Source: Gracilinanus agilis
Lineage: Eukaryota
Length of the DNA stretch: 64,000 nucleotides
Direction: 5' to 3'
Assembly: GCF_016433145.1 (NCBI RefSeq)
Contig: NC_058130.1
Span: 48,511,396-48,575,395, forward strand
Under the pieces are notes generated by a model, which worked only from the letters and a program-made list of their open reading frames with translations, made no database searches and was not told the origin of the DNA. Positions 50,520 to 63,420 of this stretch are shown piece by piece. Position 1 is the first letter of the stretch. Each line of letters opens with the position of its first letter. The translations under genes and the position numbers were made by a program.

Positions 50520-51210
50520 AGAAGATGCTGGGCTAGTGAGCAGTTTGTTTGAAGGAGATCTGAGGGTTTCAGAGGACCACAAGCTAAGTTTAAATTCAGT
50601 GTGACAGGCTAGGCAAAAAATTGCTTGCCATATTATACCCAGCTTTGAGTAATCTTCAGTCCTAGGCAGAATAACCATATACTGTTCTTTACTCTGGGCA
50701 GACCACGGCTGGAGTCTTTTGTTCAATTCTGAGTGTCCCTGTTTTGAAAAGACATTGGTAAGCCAGAGAAATCCATAGAAAGGCAACCAGAATGGTGAAG
50801 CACTAACTGGTTAAAAAAAAGCTGGAAGAGCAGAGACAACTGGAGATGTTTAACCCCGAGAAGAAAAGATAAAGGAGGGGGGTGAATCTTTATAGATCTC
50901 TAAGTATTTGAAGATATATCTTATGAAAGAGGAAATAGATTTGTTCTCTTTGAGCCAAAATGGCAGAATTTGGAGTAATGGGTAGAAGTTACAGAGTGGC
51001 AGATTTGGGCAAAACAAACTCCCTAAAAAAAGCAGTCCAAAAATGGAAGAACTGCCTTGGTTGTGGGTTCTTCTTTCTTGGACATCTTTAAGAAAAGTTT
51101 GGGTGACTGCTTGTTTGGGATGTTGTAGCAGGGATTCTTATTCTCATATGGGTTGGACTGAAAATTTCTTCCTAATTTTGAGGTTCTAGAATGGTGTGAT
51201 TCCATGATCA
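50520..51210 (+). mobile_element. L3/CR1 3' fragment
   Basis: gatctgagggtttcagaggaccacaagctaag..cagtgtgac; cagaccacggctggagtc; gagtaatgggtagaagttacag. Confidence 0.8.
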
Positions 51211-52659
51211 TATGGTTAGTAAACTGCAGAGGGAAGACTCCAAGCCATGGCCAGTGACTTTCAAGTTTGGAGCTTTCTTTATTTCAGATATTCATTACTG
51301 TCCAGACCACAGTAACCTTGAAGGATTCCAGTCCTTTAAATTGTGAAGCTGATTTCTGTACCTCAGCATTCTGTCCTTTCAAAACCTCTCTGACTTTTTG
51401 TTCACTCAAAATATGTTGGTGGATCAGGCTCGTACTTTTCTCTCTAACCTTTTGCTGGATGCTCTTCTCTTGCACCTAGTTGTGCCCTTTTCCAAGAAAC
51501 AAGTTATGCCACCCTTTGTACTTTCCCCTTATCTGAATCATCTACAACCAAAGGTAATCATTAAACTAAATGCCTTACCCCAACCTTTGTAGTTTTCCCC
51601 TCAAGTATGACAGGACTCTTTGTACCCAGTGCATGAGTGGTCCCAGCTAGCAAGTTCTCTGAGCCATCCAAGTAAAATGCTTATTAAATTTTCCCTGACT
51701 CAGTTTCTCTAGTTTTACAAAATCTCTGCCAACCATAGCATGGTATTTCTTAATTGTGAGAAATAGAATAACTTCAGAGATCTGTGGACTTAGAATAGGA
51801 AGGGAAGTTCAGTTAGCAGTACAATACAGACATTATTTCACAGATGGGGAAACAGAGGTCCAAGGAGGTTAAGTGATTTATTCAAAGTAAGACAGGTGGC
51901 AGAGGCAATATTTGAATCTGGGTCCTATAATTCCAAAGTATCATGCTGCCTCTCCTTCTGGGAAGCTTGGGTGTCCCTAGGAATTCTCTGTGATTTCAAC
52001 AAGTTTAGGAGTCTGAGCCTGTATGTGTGTTCATTAGGGCTGTATCTGTCTTGGGAGCATTGCCTGTGTAATTAAATTTGTTACACGACTTCTCTTTATC
52101 ATTCTATTAAGGCAAGCCAGATGGGGAAGAAGGCAAATAGGAAAGCTTATCATTACTAGTGGTTAAAAAAAAAAGGGGGAAAAAAGTTCATAAGCTGACT
52201 ATTTAGAAGTTCCTTTACTCATCATGAATAAAATAGGCATTAATAGTAATATAATTGTTGTTACCAGTCTAAGTTTGCAGTTATTAAAGTAGTAATAAAA
52301 AGAAACTCATAATAGCTGTTGAATGATTTGTCCACATTTTTATAGGCATTTTGCTCTCTGAATAATTAAGGCATGGCCATTAAATTCTCAGATGAATAAA
52401 GCTAGTGTAAATGAACATTTTTAAGTCAATACACAGTGTGGCTTAAAATGTTTTCTAGTTTTCCATCTTCTCAATTTGTTGCATTTGGGTGACTGGAAAG
52501 CTTTTGAGCTATAAGGCAAAGTCTAATGTGGTCAATGGCTCTGCTGTGTTTGTGACTTCTTATAGAAAAGGAAGCTACTATTTGACCTGAAGATAACTGG
52601 TTTTTAATGCTTTAAAAAAGTTTCTAAGACATTACAAGTATTTGCTGATTTTATCATAG

Positions 52660-52836
52660 CTTCTTATTATTCAACCAACCAACCAAGAGCATTTTTATAT
52701 AAGTCAACTCTGCACCATATTCTAGTTAAAGCCTGGTAGGGGATGGCAGAATACAAAGACAAATACAAAATAGGCTTCGTCCTCAAGGAACTTAGATTCC
52801 AATGGGGGACACAAAATTTACCTCCTCTTTCCCCAT

Positions 52837-52886
<50 letters not shown>

Positions 52887-54700
52887 ATAGAATGTATAGA
52901 AATGAGTGTGAGTACAAGGAAATTTTGGGAGGAAGGACAGGAAACTGGGAGGATTAGAAAAAGCTTCATGTAGAAGGTGACATTTCAGCTGAGTCTTGGG
53001 CATAAGGAATTTTAAGAGGATTAGAGGGAATGCATTCTAGGCATGGGGGAATAGGGTAGTAAATGCAAAGGCACAGAAATAGTATCCAGTGTGAGGAATA
53101 GCAAATACACTAGTAACTGGACTATAGATGTCATGAGGGAATAATGTGTGAGAATACCAGAAAGGTAGGAAGTAACCAGATTGTAAAGACATTTAAATGT
53201 CAGGCAAAGGAGCTTATATTTAATCCTAGGGATAGTTCAGAGCCATTGGAATTTACTGAGTTGGAAGTTGACATGGTCTTACTGGTGTTGGGTGGAGAAT
53301 GGATTGGCATGGGGAAAGACTTGAGACAGGGAGATCAATCAGAAGGTGATTTCATTATTTCAGGGAAGTGGTATGGGACCTGAGTGAGGGTGGTGGCTAT
53401 ATGAGTAGAGAGAGGGGTATAAGGGAGAAATGCAAGAAACAACAAAATTTGGCAATCAATTGGATGTGTGGAGAGAATAAGAATATGGAGTTTGCAAACC
53501 TGGTTGCCTGGAAGGATGGTGGAATTACTTGATAGTAATAGGGAAGTTGAAAAGCAGGATCTGTTTAGGTGAAGAGATAATACATTTTATTTTGGATGTG
53601 CTGACTTCGAGATGACTGGGGACATCCAGTTAGAAATGTCTAATTGACAGTTGGTGATGTGAAACAAGAACTCAGAAGAGAAACTAGGGTTAGGAAACAG
53701 CATGGAACTGTGGAAAGAATGCTGAATTTGGAATCATAAAACATGTGTTTAAATCCTGTCTATACCACTTACTGTTTATGTGATATTGGACAAATATTGA
53801 ACTAGATCGCCTGTAGATATCTTAAACTCAGCATGACCAAAAGAAACTATTTTCCTCCCCATATCTGGCTTTCTTCCATCCTTCTCTATTACTGTCAAGA
53901 ATACCATTATCCTCTCAGTCACCCAGACCCACAACTTAGATCTCATCCTTAAACCTTTCACCTTCCTGTATCCAAACTAGTGTTGAGTCCTGTTGATTAT
54001 ACCTTCAAAACATCTTCTGTATGTTCCCCTTTCTCTTCTCTGACACCATCTCTATGCTGTTGTTGCCCCTGGACTTTTACAAAAGCCTTTTGGTTACTCA
54101 CAAAATCTTGAGTATCCCCCTATTCCAGTCTTTCCCCTATGCAGGTGCTAAAATGTTCTTCCTCATGCACACATCTGACCACATTTCATCCCTATATAGA
54201 TATAAACTCCAGGGGCTCCACATTTCCTCTGGAATGGAATAGAAAATCTTCTGCTTGTCTTGAAAAGTCCTTCACGACTTGGCTCCTCCCTCCCGTTTCA
54301 CTCTTATTCTTTACTCCCGTTCACATATTTTAAAATCCCATAACATTGACTTACTGTTCCCAGCATGAGACACTCCATTTTCTGACTCTGTACATTTTCT
54401 GGGCTGTTCCTCCCATCCCTTCCTCATTTTTTCTCTCTCTTCTGTCTCTGTTTCCCCTCTTTCTTTCCAGTTCCTAATGCTAGTGTCTTCCACCTGAGAT
54501 TACCTCCAATTTACCATGTATATATCTTTGAATGAACATAGTCATTGGCATGCCATCTTTCCCATTAAAATGTGAACTCCTTGAGGGCAGGGACTCCCCC
54601 ATCCACCCACTTTATTGATGTATGTTTCCAGCCAGCACTTGGCACAATGCTGGGCACACAGTAAGGACTTATTAAATGCTTCTTGACTTGACATCCTCTT
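52660..54700. mobile_element. L2 cluster (minus about 52660-53690, plus about 53800-54700)
   Basis: L2 3' motifs; ends gcacacagtaaggacttattaaatgcttcttgacttgac. Confidence 0.75.
52838..52884. repeat. (CA)n microsatellite inside L2
   Basis: Pure CA run. Confidence 0.95.
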
Positions 54701-55799
54701 TGAGACTCTGTTTTGTCCAATGAAAAATGAGACAGTTGGACAAGATGAACATTAAGGTCCTTTCCAGATTAAAATCAATGGTGCTGTGATTGAATTATGA
54801 TAAAAAGGTTTTCAGATCGCTTTAACTAATATGTGTGAATGTTTTATTCAACTATCAAGAGAATAGATTCAATTTGTTTTAACCAGGTCTGTCTCACTAG
54901 ACATATTTTATATGTTGACAGGTGGGCTTACCTCTCTCTGCTTGTGATTACCATATCCAGGCAGAGAATCGAGTGTTTGGGAGTTACTGCAAGCACATAG
55001 TTTATTCTACAAAAGCAGACACCCATCACCAACCTATTTTGCATAAGTTTCATTCTATATTTTCTGGTGCTGCCATGTGTTTATTTCAGGTGGTCATACA
55101 AAGCATTCACCATTGTCAAGAACCCAAACAGGCAATATCACTCTAGTGGCTTAAGTTCCTTCTCCCTATATCAATTCTACTTCACTAATGATGGGGATGA
55201 GGAAAGTCCATCATCATCCTCCTTCCCTGTCCTCAAATGCATTCTGAGTTGAATTCCAAGTTTTCCCCTAGTTGTTTACTTGTTATCTCCTGAGATAGTT
55301 ATTTGGACAAATCTTAGAAAATGTCAATCATGTTATACTTGATAAGTTAGCACAGTGGCAGAGGGATGAATGGCCCTCTGTTTAATGCTCCTGCATCCAG
55401 TTAAATTATAAGATTTCTATTAAAATACTATTCACAACACAATCTATTTCATAGAAAAAGAAGCTCTCCAAACCCCTCAAGGTACCTTTAACCTTGACCA
55501 ACATTCAGCACAGCAAACAGTTTGTTCTTTATTTTCAAATTAGGAAGATACTGTTGAGTCAAAAGACTACTGATGATCTGTAGATTGTTGCATTTTGGGT
55601 TGTCATGTTAAGAATAATTTGATGAGTGAATTATCACTTCTTTCCTAAAATAGATATACCCTGATGCTGGTATTTAGGATTTTAGCATGAATGTGTGGCT
55701 TTAATTTGTGCATCCCACTGGATCTACTGTAAGTACCACCTCTTGGTCTCAGTATTTGAAATTGGCTTCTTAGAGTTTGTTTTAAAATTAGGGATTATA

Positions 55800-55999
55800 G
55801 GGGGCAGTTGGGTGGCTCAGTGGATTGAGAGTCAGACTCAGAGATGGGAGGTCCTGGGTTCAAATCTTACTTCAGACACTTCTTAGCTGTGTAACCCTGG
55901 GCAAGTCACTTAACCCCCATTGCCTAGCCCTTACCACTCTTCTGTCTTAGAACCAATACCCAGTATTGATTCTAAGATGGAAGGTAAAGGTTTAAAAAA
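55800..55999 (+). mobile_element. Full-length SINE1_Mdo-type SINE
   Basis: ggggcagttgggtggctcagtggattgagag...cagtattgattctaagatggaaggtaaaggtttaaaaaa. Confidence 0.92.
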
Positions 56000-56220
56000 T
56001 AAAATTAGAGTTTGTAAAACCTTTCTTTTAAACTTATTATAAGGCAGCCTTATTTCTATTCAAAATAGAATATAAAAAGGAACACACATATGTGTGCATA
56101 TATGAATAATATAGGACCTGCTGACACACTAAAGAAGAATGAAGTCAAATTATAATGAAGTCCATTTTCTAAGACTAAAAATTCTGGTGGTGGGGAGGAG
56201 AGAGAAACAGTATCTTAGTC

Positions 56221-56254
<34 letters not shown>

Positions 56255-56819
56255 TTAATAAAATATCTTCCAAGGCATCCAATATATTGCCTTGAACATA
56301 GTCCATACTCTGTTTTGGACCAGACTTGTGATTTCGTTGATGTAAGGAACTCCAAGTCAAGAGACTCTCTCTGCCAGTGCAGACTGGTACTTGCTCTGCA
56401 ACTAATAATCTTAGAGAGTTTTCTAGGGTACTTCGAGGCAATGAGGTATGTGACTTTTGTACATAGTCACATACCTAGTACATATGCCATAGGTGGGAAT
56501 TAATTAATGAATTATTATTATCTTTTACACACCTCTTGCAAATACATTTAACAACATTTGTTTCTATATGTTTTATTGATAAAAATTTTGTAGTGTATTA
56601 ATTTGTATTTTCTAGTTTATCAGCTGCAGTAATAACTAGTTCTTGCAATTTGATAGGGTGCTTCATACATAAAACTAGTATAGCAAAGCAAAAAAAAATT
56701 CAATCTGGAAAAGTTCTTCATTTCCCATTTCCCATTCCCATTTCTTCATTTCCCAAACTAACTTCCCACACAGTCCTGATTTCAAGATTTGTTCTCTATA
56801 CACTATGCCAAATTGTTTG

Positions 56820-57300
56820 GAGAAATACTATCTTTATTAAGTACTTAATAGGCTTTAAGAAGTCTCAATATGGTCAAACCCTGATTTCTTAGCCTGGTAT
56901 TCAAGGCTATTCATGAATCGATCCCAGTCATTTTCCAATCAGACACACATACACTCTTAGACCTAGTCGATACGGCTTCTCCTGAACACACCTCTTGTGG
57001 GATCCTATCTTTATGTTCATGTTCTTTTCCCACTTAGAATGCCTTCCCAGTATCCCTGCTGCTCTCTGCTTGTCCATATCTCTCAAGGAACACTTGAAAT
57101 TTCCACCTTTTCTGTGTATCCCTCTCAGGTAACTTTAGCTCACAGCAAATTTAGCTTTCTCTGAAGTACAATTATAGTTTGTCTTACTCACAGGTCACTT
57201 AGACTAAGCTGCCTTGGGCATCAGGTAGCTTCTTATGTCTATAACTATTGTCTCTTCATTTATATAAGCTCTTTGAAGGCAGGTACCATGTATTTTTGTC
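56820..57300 (+). mobile_element. L2 3' fragment
   Basis: cctgatttcttagcctggtattcaaggc...aagctctttgaaggcaggtaccatg. Confidence 0.65.
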
Positions 57301-58319
57301 ATAGAGTCAATGAATAATGGATTTAAAATTGGAAGGGACCTCAGAGGTCATATAATCCAATGCCCCCATTTTACAGATGTGAAAACTGAGCCCCAGAGAA
57401 ATTGAGTGACTTGTCCGAGATCACCCAAGTGTTAATCAAGTGGCAGAATCAGGATTCAAACACAGAGGCTCTGATTCCAAAGGCAGCACTCTTTTCTAGT
57501 GTACTACCAACCCATTATGCTATTATGTATGTCCTGCATGAAGCACCTGCCGCTCTGTACAGAGTAAATTCTGGATAGATTTTTGTCAGTTCATTGATTA
57601 ATAGTGAATTCAGAAAGATGTTTTAGAGAAATGCACTAAGAAATGGTCAGCTGTCACAGAGAGGAGCTTTGCAAGCTAAGCACCAAGGAGCTTCTATTTG
57701 TAGACAAAGCCCACTCTGTCTTTTTTCCCTCCTACGCCTCCCACTGCAGAAAGTCTTTTCATTTATTGACATCCTAGGAATCAGAAAGCTGCTGACCTTG
57801 AGATGTGTTGGGTTGTTATTTATTTATTTTATTTGTGCTTCTCAGGGACTTAGTAATAACTGGTTAGACTCTGAAGATAGCACAGCAAACACAGTGGTAA
57901 TTTTATTCCTTCCTCAGTCTTCTAACTGTGTAAGATACTAACTATAGATGTAGGAAGTGATAATGTGACATTAATATGCTTGGGTGAACTGCTTACACAT
58001 GCCTATGGGTCTCCATGGCATTGTATTCCTTTAAAACACTTAGACAACTCCAATGAAAATGGTGGCTTTACTGGGACACCAGTCAGAGATATTGTCCTCT
58101 CTTTATCAGAGAATCACAAAGCATCCCCAAGTAGCATCCAAATGTAAGCCAGTGATCTTCTCAGGGAGAAGATGGCTTACTGAATCCTATCTTTCTTTAA
58201 AACTGGCCAAGGAGTGAATAACAAACTAAAAAACAATAACTAACAAAGAATGCCTACTTGACATACCTTGTTTAGGGGAATTCCATGTAGGAACGGGGTG
58301 TGTTCAGTACAGCACTTTT

Positions 58320-58461
58320 GGTTCCAAGGCAGAAGAGAGTAGGGGCTAGGCAATGGGGGTTAAGTGACTTGCCCAGGGTCACACAGCAAGGAAGTGTCTG
58401 AGTCCAGATTTGAACCCAGGACCTCCGGTCTCAATCCACTGAGTTACTCAGCTGCTCCCTA
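58320..58461 (-). mobile_element. 3'-truncated SINE1_Mdo with TSD
   Basis: TSD cagtaca(g/a)cactttt at 58305-58319 and 58462-58476; the element lacks its 3' tail. Confidence 0.85.
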
Positions 58462-58876
58462 CAGTACAACACTTTTAATCTTTGTGGAAAGAGATGGAGT
58501 AGCTATGAACTGAGTCCTGTGGAGTGAAATCCCCCTTCCTTCCTCCCCATGGTTTCTTTGAACTATTCCTACTTGTTACTGTTAATACTCATTATTAAGG
58601 GAGTCATTTCTTCTGTCTTTCTGGTATTCACTCCTCTTTAGTGCTTGGGGACTGCTCTCATTTCCTTCATAGCTTGTAGCTACACCAAATGAAATGAGTG
58701 TATCACCTTAAAAACTTTCTTCATAAGTAAACCTCAGATACCATAGCCATTATTTCTATCTGCATTTAGACTGTTTCCTTTTCTGCATCATTTTTTACTA
58801 AAAATAGAAGCAATTGGTGTCAAGAATCCTAGGCTGGGCTTTGTTGTAGTTGCTGTTGCTTTGGGTCATTCTAGAT

Positions 58877-59625
58877 GAGCAGTTCTCAAAGTTTGTCATG
58901 AGGACTCTTGGGCATTCCCCAAATTCTTTTAGGTGTCATCAAAGACAAAACCAATAATACCGAAGACATTATTTGCCTATTTAAAATTTGCCTCCCTTTA
59001 CCAACTATGTGCTTATATGATATGTTTACCTTCATATATCTCAACCCAAATCATATATCACAGCAGATTCAATACAGAAGCAGATGCAGAAATTCAGCTG
59101 TCTTTTATTAAGTCAGACATTAAGGAGATTTGCATAAATCTGTAACACAACTCCATTCTATTCACTAATTCATTTTTTGTATTGGAAAATAAGCTATTTT
59201 GTTCACAAAATATTTTAGGTAATGGTTTTGTGGTTATTTTAAAATAATAGATTGATATTTTTACATTTTATCAGCTTAAATTTCTGACATGTTAAGGTTT
59301 GATTGATAGAACCCACATCAACAACAGGGCCTCAGCGGCCTCAATAAATTTTAACTGTGTAAAGTGGTCCTGAGATCAAATAATTTTTTTATTTTTTAAA
59401 TGTTTATTTAGAATATTTTTCCATTGTTACATGATTCATGGTACCCCCACCCCCCTCCACCTTCCAAAGCTGACAAGCAGTTCCACTGGGTTGTATCTGT
59501 ATCATTCTTCACAACCTATTTCCATATTTTTCATATTTACAGTAAAGTGATCCTTTACCATCAAAACCCTAATCACATCCCTATCACACTACATGATTGG
59601 AGATCAAAGAATTTGAGAAAGACTG
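58877..59625 (+). mobile_element. Charlie1-like hAT internal-deletion derivative
   Basis: C-terminal transposase SRFNTEADAEIQLSFIKSDIKEIC; TIR-like gagcagttctcaaa ... tttgagaaagactg; preceded by ttctagat (NTCTAGAN target consensus). Confidence 0.8.
59381..59599 (-). mobile_element. L1 3' end nested in Charlie1 with 9-bp TSD
   Basis: TSD gagatcaaa at 59372-59380 and 59600-59608. Confidence 0.85.
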
Positions 59626-61699
59626 CTCAGCTAGGTCATAAGGAGTCTCTGCCTCCATTGAGGAAAATGACTAGGGAAACTTTCTATAATCTATAATTAG
59701 TTACCAAAGAGGACAGTCTGCCATGTTTGATTCTCATCCTTAGTTCTAGAACATTATCCCATGGAAACTCTCACTGTTACCGTAAGGTACTCATTGTTTC
59801 ATGCATCTTCTGCTTTTCTCCTCTCTTTTGCCACACAGACAACAGAAACACATTTTCCAAGGGTCTATTCAGAGGGAAAGGAAACATTTTAAGAAATATT
59901 ACCATGAGCTTACAGGCTCAATAGTAAAAAGGAAATAAATCTACTCAAATCAAATAAAGTGGCTCTATCATTTATTAAATCAGAAAAAAGCTATGAATGT
60001 GTGACTGCCACAAATCAGTTATCTGACACCTGCAGCTTAACATTCCAAAGGTCAGGAAGATTGTGAGCTCTTGTCTTATATGATTTAGTATATTCACACT
60101 GAAAATTAAGTTCAATACAACTCTGGCCCTTCTGCCCCATGGGAAGCTTTGGTGCTCCTTAAACATATTTTAGGGCTTTAGGACCAGGGAACAATAAGAA
60201 TGATGATGAGTGTGGAGTGACCAAGGCTCTTCCCTCTGGGATGTTGATATCCCATAGGTCCATTTATTTCTTACTGCAGTCCCTTGACCTGCTCTTTTGT
60301 AGCTTGTGGTCCTCTGCTGATCTTATTCTAAGGGTATGCTACATTTGAGGCTTCCATGCTTCTCCTTGGACCCACCATCCCACATTATTTTTTTACTTCT
60401 ATCTCCTCCCAGGAGTTGGAGGTCATTTGTTGTTTCTTTTAGGCTATGTTCAGACTCTCTGAATGATGCTCACTGAATTCCTGTCATAATTATACCTGAC
60501 TGCCTATATTCTTTGTGTTCTAGATGTTTACTTCCAGGCTCCTCCCTAGCATTCTCTCCTGGTGTGAAAGTGCTAATTATATCTCTGCTATAGATTTCCT
60601 AGGCTTTCTAGATACCTAGTCTAGGTCTTAGACTCCTCCAATGGTTCTGCCATAATTTTCTGGACTCTAAGAAACCTATAGTTCTGGCTTCCATATTACC
60701 TAAACCTAGAATTATCTTCTATATTTTAGCAGTTTTGGAAGAAATTCATTTGTCTGCATGGCTAAAGTATCAGTTCCTGATTTTGGAAGTTTCTGATTTT
60801 GGAAACCACCTACCCCACCTCAGCTGAAATGGAGAAATAGGATAGTTATATTTAAAAACATCCAAACAAATAATTTCTCACCATGTAAAAGGTTATTTTT
60901 CCTTCCTATAGAACACAAAGATATTATAATAAAATTACTTATAGACTCCATTCTTCACATTTGCTGAGATGAGAACGTAAAAGCTACAGATGACTTTGAT
61001 TCAAACACTTTCTATTGCTGTCCCTGTGATGTTTTGTCTTTTTCTTCAGTTTTCAAATATTTGCCTTAAAAAGGCTAGATTTGAGAATACTTGGTGTTTC
61101 TAAATGTTTAAGATTATTTTTTTCTGATGATGTGGTTTGGATATGGGTCTTGGAAAAAGTACAAAGAATTGAAGCTGAGAATCACCCCTAGGGCAACAGA
61201 ATGGTACATGGTACATGGGAACAAACTACAATATATTACATAAGAAGAGTTACCCAAGAGGGGTGACATATAAGAGAAATGTTCGATTGGGAAAAAAGAT
61301 GCACTGATGACTTCATGATAACCAGGCACAGATAACACACATGTATCTGTAGCCATCTATCATTGGGAGAATCAACTCTTATGAAGAAGATGCTTACCAT
61401 GCCTGTCACCACCAAATCCAATTGCTGACCAATTGCCACTGATAGCGAAATAAATCTAAGTACTATACAGCAGAAATAATAGTATTTCCAGACCACCTGC
61501 TCACTACTTCTAGGTAGGCCTCAGAAGCTATCATCCGGTGAAGCAACACTTTTGAAAAAGGCTCCTACCACCTGCATATGAAAGAAGATTTTGATTAGAG
61601 CTTTAGAAAACATAAAAATTAGGGTGACAAGTATCATGATGAACCAAGCAACCTGAGAAGGGATAGAATGTTGCTAATATAATATAAACTCTTAGAAAG

Positions 61700-62890
61700 G
61701 GTAGAGATTTTATTTATTTGGTGTTTGCATCACCAGTACCTATCATGGTGCCTGAGGCAGAGTATGCACTTAAAAATGCTCATTGATTGATGAAGGGAGG
61801 GACCAGGCATATAAGAGGACAAGCTGAATATGTATTTAGAGATAGTATATATTCAAGAGATGTGGACTAAAATCAGCACTGTTAAGTGCATCCAAGAGGT
61901 CATGATATATAAAGGGTGAGAGAAGGCTATTGATTTTATCAATTAAGAGATCATTAGTAAGCATGGAGAGAAGTTTCAGCTGATTATTGAAGTTACTTGA
62001 GATTATTTGCTTCAAATTTGTAAGATTAATTTTGTACCTTTTATATTCCTTGATACACTGGGGCAACATCCTTCTTGCCCTTACTGATTACAACTCTTCC
62101 TACATCTTTTCTTCTACTTTCTGCTTTCTGGATTGGTGATTTTAGCTATCATGGGCTCAACTGCCATTACTTTGCAGCTGATCAGGTCTACATATTTATC
62201 TTGATTCCTCCTCCTGAAATCCATTCCCATATCCCTAACTTCCTGTAGGGAATTTTTGACTGGAAACGTGTATTCATTTCAAATTTTAAATATCCAAAGC
62301 AGAACTCATTATCAATACCCCTGAATCCAGTTCTTCTTCAAACTTCCCTATTTATTTTGAGAGTTTGTTATCTTTCTACTCATCTAGGTTCAAAACCTTA
62401 GTCAACTTTATTCTTTGCCTTAATCCCCATTTCTACAACTTATCAGTTTTATTACTTCAGTATCACTAGCTTCTATTCATGTTCCTCCATTTAAGTGGCC
62501 ATTGTTCTAATTCATCACACTTACCTGGGAGTATTGTAACTTTTTTTTATTGGAATCTTACAATTTTTCCTTTATCCATTTCATTCTTCATATAGCTAGT
62601 AAAATAATTCCTGTCGTTCACATCTGACCTTTTTATCCCTAGGTTCCCTATTATCACAGGATAAGTATAAGTTTCCCAGAATACTTTTCATAGCCATTCT
62701 CAATCTATATCTCACCTATCTTTCCAGATTTATGTATTTTTACTCCCTTTTACCCATTCTATATTCAAGTGGAACTGCCCTACTCATTCTTCCTTGAATT
62801 CATCACTCCCCATCTCTTCTCCAAACCTTTTAATTATTCCTCTCCCACATAATACCTTACATGTAGTAGGCATTCAATACATGTTCATTG
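61700..62890. mobile_element. L2 cluster
   Basis: ggtgcctgaggcagagtatgcacttaaaaatgctcattgattga and catgtagtaggcattcaatacatgttcattg L2 tails. Confidence 0.65.
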
Positions 62891-63019
62891 CATTTTAAAT
62901 CTGTTTGATTGGAAGCTACCAAATGACTTGAAATGGTAAACTCCTCCCTGCTTTTCACCTCTGTGACCTGTGGTCACTCCCCACCTCCATCTCCACTTAA
63001 AATAAAGATTCCTTTCACA

Positions 63020-63420
63020 TTAATGTCTAATTATTTTCCAGAATGGCTGAACCATTTTAAAGCTCCACCAAGAATATAGTCCTATACTTGACATCTTGTA
63101 ACCTTTCAAACATTAGTGTTACAATTTTTTTCATCTTCACTATTTTGATGTGTGTGTTAAACTCAGAATCATTTTAATTTGCATATTTTCCTTGTATTTT
63201 TCTTGAAAGTTAACATTCATCTTTTGAAATTTTTTGTTACCCTTTGATGACTTATTTATTGTCTTGATCTTACAAATTTGCAACAACTCACCCTATATTT
63301 TGGCTAATTATTATCAGAGATATTTAATGCAGATTTTACCGTCTCCTTATTATAAATAGTTTCTTTTATACTAAATGAATTGCTTTTGTTCCTGCAAAAA
63401 TGTTTTCTTTGTCTAGTGGG
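63020..63420 (-). mobile_element. Old L1 ORF2 3' fragment
   Basis: ttttccagaatggctgaacc..ttaaactcagaatcattttaatttgcat. Confidence 0.65.

Noticed and set aside
57846-57896. 51-nt + strand exon candidate (GLSNNWLDSEDSTANTV)
   Set aside because: Modest donor, unfamiliar peptide and no partner exons; expected by chance in 64 kb.
61141-61170. DMGLGKS resembling SNF2 helicase motif I
   Set aside because: A stop follows four codons later and there are no other helicase motifs.
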